A DNA stretch of 64,000 nucleotides from NCBI GenBank assembly GCA_033875325.1, contig JANRKA010000071.1:8980-72979 (forward strand), given 5' to 3'. Positions 60,333 to 64,000 of the stretch are shown in pieces (positions within the stretch are counted from its first letter, which is position 1; each line of letters opens with the position of its first letter). This stretch comes from Elusimicrobiota bacterium (GTDB lineage: Bacteria > Elusimicrobiota > Elusimicrobia > UBA1565 > UBA9628). Both the position numbers and the translations under genes were made by a program. The notes under the pieces were generated by a model, which was given only the letters and a program-made list of their open reading frames with translations, had not been told where the DNA came from and made no database searches.

Positions 60333-60974
60333 ATGTACAACGCGAACATGCCTGACAAATCAGAACTCCCTTCAACGGAGAAGCTCGTCAAGTCCACCAT
60401 CCTGGCCGCCGTTTCGGCCGGCGTTCTTTTGGTCACGGTCGTTATGCCGGCTGAATATGGCATCGACCCTACCGGCGTGGGCCGCATTCTAGGCTTGAAG
60501 AGAATGGGGGACATTAAAGTATCCCTGGCACGAGAAGCCGCTGCCCAGCAGACCGCGGACCCGGCCGCCGGCGACCAAACTGCGGCCCGGCCCATAGAGG
60601 CGGCAGTGCCTGCCGTCGCGCCGGAGACAAAGCCAGCCGCAGCCGCGGCGGGAAATCGCGCCGACGAAATGCAGGTAACCCTCGCCCCCAATGAAGGAAC
60701 CGAGATCAAGGTCGAACTGGCCAAAGGCAGGAAGGTTGATTACATCTGGGCGACCGACGGCGGCCCCGCCAACTTCGACCTTCACGGCGATTCCAAAAAG
60801 CTGAAAATCGATTATCACGGATACGGCAAGGGTTCGGAGCAGAAGAGCCAAGGCACTCTAATGGCCGCGTTCGACGGGAGCCACGGCTGGTTCTGGAGAA
60901 ACCGAACGCCCAATACGCTCACCGTGACTCTTAAGGTTCACGGCGAACACACCGGCATCAAGCACATGAAGTAA
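60333..60974 (+). CDS. membrane-anchored hypothetical protein
   Basis: It has an N-terminal TM segment, an Ala/Pro-rich linker and a beta-rich C-terminus 'DYIWATDGGPANFDLHGD'. Confidence 0.4.
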   Translation: MYNANMPDKSELPSTEKLVKSTILAAVSAGVLLVTVVMPAEYGIDPTGVGRILGLKRMGDIKVSLAREAAAQQTADPAAGDQTAARPIEAAVPAVAPETKPAAAAAGNRADEMQVTLAPNEGTEIKVELAKGRKVDYIWATDGGPANFDLHGDSKKLKIDYHGYGKGSEQKSQGTLMAAFDGSHGWFWRNRTPNTLTVTLKVHGEHTGIKHMK

Positions 60975-61089
60975 GGACCTTTTCAATGAAAAGCGCACAC
61001 GACCACGATCAGACGACGTCGCAGGGACACAAGCACGGCGATGCCGCGATCCACGTCGATCCGTCGGGGAGAGGAAGGGGACCTTCATC

Positions 61090-62322
61090 ATGACGCGCAC
61101 TGAAACCGAGATGAACCGCCGGTCCAGCCTCGACTCTCTTTTCCCGCTGAACTACGACCGCGGAATCTGGCTGCCGGCGGGTTTGGCCGTGGTAGGGTTC
61201 GCAGGATTGGAGATGGTCTTTCACCTCGGCGGCGCCGCAGCCCAGGCGGGGATGCCTGACTTCCTCACGGAGGTCCGGGAAAGGACAGGATTCCGATTCT
61301 GGGATTTTCTATACCGCATCGGCTACTCGCTCCTGGTAATCCCCTTCCTCCTGCCCGCCGCAAGGGCTATTCAGGGGGCCTTGCGGAGACTCCTCGTCGC
61401 CTATCTATTGGCCCTGGGCGCCGGGGGACTGCTGGCGATATCTCTTCGGCCGGGAACCCTTGAGGCCGTCCCTTGTCTGCTGATCGCGGGCTGCGCCATC
61501 GTCACGCTGTTCTTCGCCAGGAGCGGGTTCTTCGCGATGACGGCTTTGGCGGCCGGCGCGACCACGACCGCGGCGTTGGCAACGTTCATGATCGAGCTCC
61601 ATGGCCCCATCGACATCGTTTCCGGCCTCGCATTGGGAACAATCGCCTTCCATCTCGCCTTCTCGAAGCCTCTGTTCTTTCTCGATCGCCCCAGTCCCTG
61701 GACGGGGATCGAGCACGAACTGGACAACCTTTGGAATCTCTTCGTCTCCAATACCCGACAGAAGTGGGAGCGCAACTACGCCTCGGGCTCGTGGGATTTC
61801 CTGAATTCGCCGTCGCAGCGCGGGCGCCACTACGCGATCGCGGGAATCGTCGCCGATCGTCATCCGGACGGAGGAGCCCGGGTCCTCGACGTGGGCTGCG
61901 GGCTCGGCACGCTGTACCCGCTGCTGAAGGGGCGCGTCTGTTCGTACTCGGGCCTCGACCTTTCCGAGGAGGTGATCAAGCGCTGTCGTTCCGCCTTCGC
62001 GGACGATCCGAACTGCACTTTCGCCAGCGGAGCCTTCGAGGATTTTCCGGCGCAGGAGCCCTTCGACGTCGTCGTGCTCAACGAGGTCCTGTACTACTTT
62101 CCCGTCTCGCGAGCCGTCGAGGTCTTCCAGAAGGCGCTCTCGCACGCCGGAGACGATGGTTTCGTCGTCGTCTCCATGAACCGTTCATGGAAAGGGCGCC
62201 TGATCCGGGCGCGACTGAACGCGATCTCGCCTCCGGTTCAAAGCCTGAGGATCACCAATCTCCAGACGGGAAGCTACTGGACCGTCGAAGTCTACAGCCG
62301 TGCCAAAGGAGAACATGGATGA
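61090..62322 (+). CDS. membrane domain fused to class I SAM-dependent methyltransferase
   Basis: It has 5-6 N-terminal TM helices. The C-terminus has motif I 'RVLDVGCGLGTLY' and motif post-I 'YSGLDLSEEV'. Confidence 0.5.
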   Translation: MTRTETEMNRRSSLDSLFPLNYDRGIWLPAGLAVVGFAGLEMVFHLGGAAAQAGMPDFLTEVRERTGFRFWDFLYRIGYSLLVIPFLLPAARAIQGALRRLLVAYLLALGAGGLLAISLRPGTLEAVPCLLIAGCAIVTLFFARSGFFAMTALAAGATTTAALATFMIELHGPIDIVSGLALGTIAFHLAFSKPLFFLDRPSPWTGIEHELDNLWNLFVSNTRQKWERNYASGSWDFLNSPSQRGRHYAIAGIVADRHPDGGARVLDVGCGLGTLYPLLKGRVCSYSGLDLSEEVIKRCRSAFADDPNCTFASGAFEDFPAQEPFDVVVLNEVLYYFPVSRAVEVFQKALSHAGDDGFVVVSMNRSWKGRLIRARLNAISPPVQSLRITNLQTGSYWTVEVYSRAKGEHG

Positions 62323-62771
62323 TGACAAGACTAGCCGTGCTATTCGCCGCGCTTCTGGCCGCTTCGACCTCTCTCGCCCACGACGAAGGCCACGGTCCCA
62401 GGCTCATGGAGGAGCCTCCCAAGCAAGGCGGGCTCATCGCTTCGGTCGTAGACGCGAAGGACGCAAAACTCGGGCCGGAGGCTCCGCTCGTCTATAAAGC
62501 CGAGTTGATCCGCTCGGATGACGGGACGATGCGTCTTTTCCTTTATGACGCCAAGATGGCGCCGCTAGATGGGGCCGCCTTCGAGAAGAAGGCGAACGCG
62601 ATCATTCTATCAGGGAAAAAGAAGAACAAGAAGCGCAGCTTCTCGCTGAGCAGGGAAGGCGGCGTCTACTCCGGCGTTGCTCCCAAGGCCCCGAGCCGCC
62701 CCTTCAACCTCGAGGTCTCGCTCAAAGACGGTAAGCGGTCCTTGCTCGTGGCGTTTGAGAATCTAGACTGA
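62319..62771 (+). CDS. secreted hypothetical protein
   Basis: Signal peptide MMTRLAVLFAALLAASTSLA. It is followed by 'HDEGHG'. Confidence 0.35.
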   Translation: MMTRLAVLFAALLAASTSLAHDEGHGPRLMEEPPKQGGLIASVVDAKDAKLGPEAPLVYKAELIRSDDGTMRLFLYDAKMAPLDGAAFEKKANAIILSGKKKNKKRSFSLSREGGVYSGVAPKAPSRPFNLEVSLKDGKRSLLVAFENLD

Positions 62772-62877
62772 CGCCGCACATCTGGCCCTCGTGGCTCATT
62801 GGTGTTTGGGTCTCGTCTAGTCCTGCGAGTCGCACGCTGCCTTCCGCGCGACCTAGAAAAATTCTTTAATTGCAGAA

Positions 62878-62932
62878 TAGGCGATGGAGTTCGCCTGAAC
62901 CGCCTCCGCCCAGGAGGCTGATGACTCCTACC
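62878..62932 (+). ncRNA. fluoride riboswitch (crcB RNA motif)
   Basis: 'GGCGATGGAGTTCGCC…AACCGCC…CTGATGACTCCTAC' matches the aptamer consensus (P1 GGCGAUGG/GUUCGCC, pseudoknot ACCGCC, 3' CUGAUGAnUCCUAC). It lies directly upstream of crcB. Confidence 0.85.
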
Positions 62933-62966
62933 GGAAGACGTTCTGGTAGGAGTCATTTTCATTTTA
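62921..62966 (+). terminator. riboswitch expression-platform terminator (ATGACTCCTACC…GGTAGGAGTCAT + TTTCATTTT)
   Basis: The 5' arm of the hairpin is the 3' strand of the aptamer. This is a mutually exclusive fold, typical of transcriptional ON riboswitches. Confidence 0.65.
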
Positions 62967-62980
62967 GAGGAGTGAGCAAT

Positions 62981-63355
62981 ATGGATAAGTCAATACCGCT
63001 TGTTTTCGGCGCGATCTTGGGTGTATTCGCGCGTTATCTGGTCGCGACGAGGATCTACATGATGACTGGGACCGGCTTCCCGTTTGGAACCTTGGCCGTC
63101 AATATCTCCGGCTGCCTCCTAGTAGGAGTCTTTGACAGCTGGGCAGGGGACCGCGGACTGATCGGGCCGGCGGGGCGCCTATTTCTCATGACCGGGTTCT
63201 GCGCGACCTACACGACCTTCTCGACTCTCATCCTCGAGAGTGCGCACCTCATCAGCAACGGGCAGATCGCCCGCGCCCTGGCGTACTATCTCGGGAGTGG
63301 CGTCCTGGGATTCGTGAGCTTCCGTCTGGGCGCGTTCCTTGGGAGAATATTCTAG
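62981..63355 (+). CDS. crcB: fluoride ion channel CrcB/FluC
   Basis: It has 'IPLVFGAILGVFARYLV…GTLAVNISGCLLVG' and 4 TM helices. It is preceded by RBS GGAG. Confidence 0.85.
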   Translation: MDKSIPLVFGAILGVFARYLVATRIYMMTGTGFPFGTLAVNISGCLLVGVFDSWAGDRGLIGPAGRLFLMTGFCATYTTFSTLILESAHLISNGQIARALAYYLGSGVLGFVSFRLGAFLGRIF

Positions 63356-63774
63356 GAGGCGGCATGGAGAAGGAGGTGCGCTGGCTAGGAAGCCTCCATG
63401 GCGGGTTATTGTCCCCACGCAGCGCGCGTGGATGAAGCCACTAAAATTCGTATTTGACTCGGCCGCCTGATTCGGGGCGAGTCATCCACCGCGGGTCCTG
63501 GCCAGCGATAACTTGGAGAAGAAGGGGAAGGTCTTGATGACGCGAACCGAGGCCTCCGCAGCACTGGGTCGCAGCAGCATGGCCTGAAGCCAATGGCCGA
63601 TGCGTAGGCGCGCGGCGAATCGGCGTAACCGTTCAAGCTGCCGAGTGTCCGTTCGTCGTTGTAGTCCGTCCGTCAGGCTTCGATCACGCCTTTCGCCTCG
63701 ACAATCGTCACGAACCGATTGTCGTGAGGTATTCCTCGCGAAAACGTCTGTTTAGGGGAAAAGATTCGCTCGAG

Positions 63775-64000
63775 CCGAGTATAGAGCGCGAAGCAGTACC
63801 TGCGTAAGACCCAATGCTTGCGGTGGATACCGACGCGTCCGTGGACGGCGTGGACGAGCGGGTCGCCTACCCCGCCCACCGCCGCTTGGATTTCTCCGCG
63901 CCTGCGGCGCGCGCGGATCGGTCCGCGTGCGCTCCTCCCCGCCGTGCGGCCGGCGGGGACCGAGAACTCCACCGTCTCCACCGCTCGGCGGCGGAGATTT
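63775..64000 (+). repeat. copy (B) of ~300-bp island repeat family, running off window end
   Basis: It is near-identical to 36969-37270 minus the 110-bp insert. It continues into the 'CCACCGCTCGGCGGCGGAGATTT' tail shared with copy C (33630-33650). Confidence 0.75.

Noticed and set aside
63356-63770. Minus-strand ORFs 63406-63636 and 63673-63981, and an inverted repeat CGCGTGGATGA…TCATCCACCGCG
   Set aside because: Their translations are non-protein-like, and the second lies inside repeat copy B. They are probably intergenic or remnant sequence. The long-range inverted repeat is noted, but evidence is insufficient to call an sRNA.

Overview
This is a high-GC (~70%) window from a diderm bacterium. 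I found no rRNA, CRISPR array, transposase or integrase. The left ~27 kb looks like ordinary chromosome. It carries a 5'-truncated gcvP, a LipB-like octanoyltransferase, envelope glycosylation genes, mtgA, two tandem REC-only response regulators, a GT4, AsmA, a PyrE-like PRTase, MFS, purB, a DUF62 SAM-halogenase-family gene, rlmI, a Cas4-like nuclease, two tandem S8 proteases, DagK and a cupin. At ~27.5-28.0 kb, on the minus strand, sits a tRNA-Phe(GAA) whose anticodon arm is interrupted by a ~244-nt group I intron; the intron carries the conserved core 'GACUACACG...AAGAUAUAGUC'. A diverged 45-nt direct repeat of the tRNA 3' exon lies 170 bp downstream, which is att-like. To the right of the tRNA, from ~28.0 kb to the window end, GC drops to ~55-65% and the content looks like a horizontally acquired island. 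The first part has plasmid/ICE-like and defence-like genes: an unknown 368-aa protein plus an XRE HTH plus a 2-TM protein, a NucS-like PD-(D/E)xK nuclease with DUF4268, two RadC/JAB genes, and a ParB-like nuclease-domain protein. The second part is a ~26-kb metal/fluoride resistance module. It holds a CsoR/RcnR repressor with a G-tract operator, a UPF0016 half-transporter, a CzcD-type CDF, MFS genes, an IucA/IucC siderophore synthetase behind palindromic operators, and a 1355-aa PepSY-TM/MFS fusion. It also holds a CusC-like OMF, a short His-rich adaptor-like protein, CusA/CzcA HME-RND, a P-II-like protein, a CPC-type P1B ATPase, HupE/UreJ, and a textbook fluoride riboswitch with a terminator platform upstream of crcB. 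The island is peppered with a ~300-bp repeat family (4 copies) carrying a perfect 16-bp palindrome CGCGGACCGGTCCGCG. It also has two paralogous ~200-bp leader modules, each bracketed by inverted repeats that include the RBS and first codons of the downstream gene. These could be invertible switches or long-range anti-TIR pairing. Many long minus-strand ORFs in the track are GC-driven frame artefacts and were not called.
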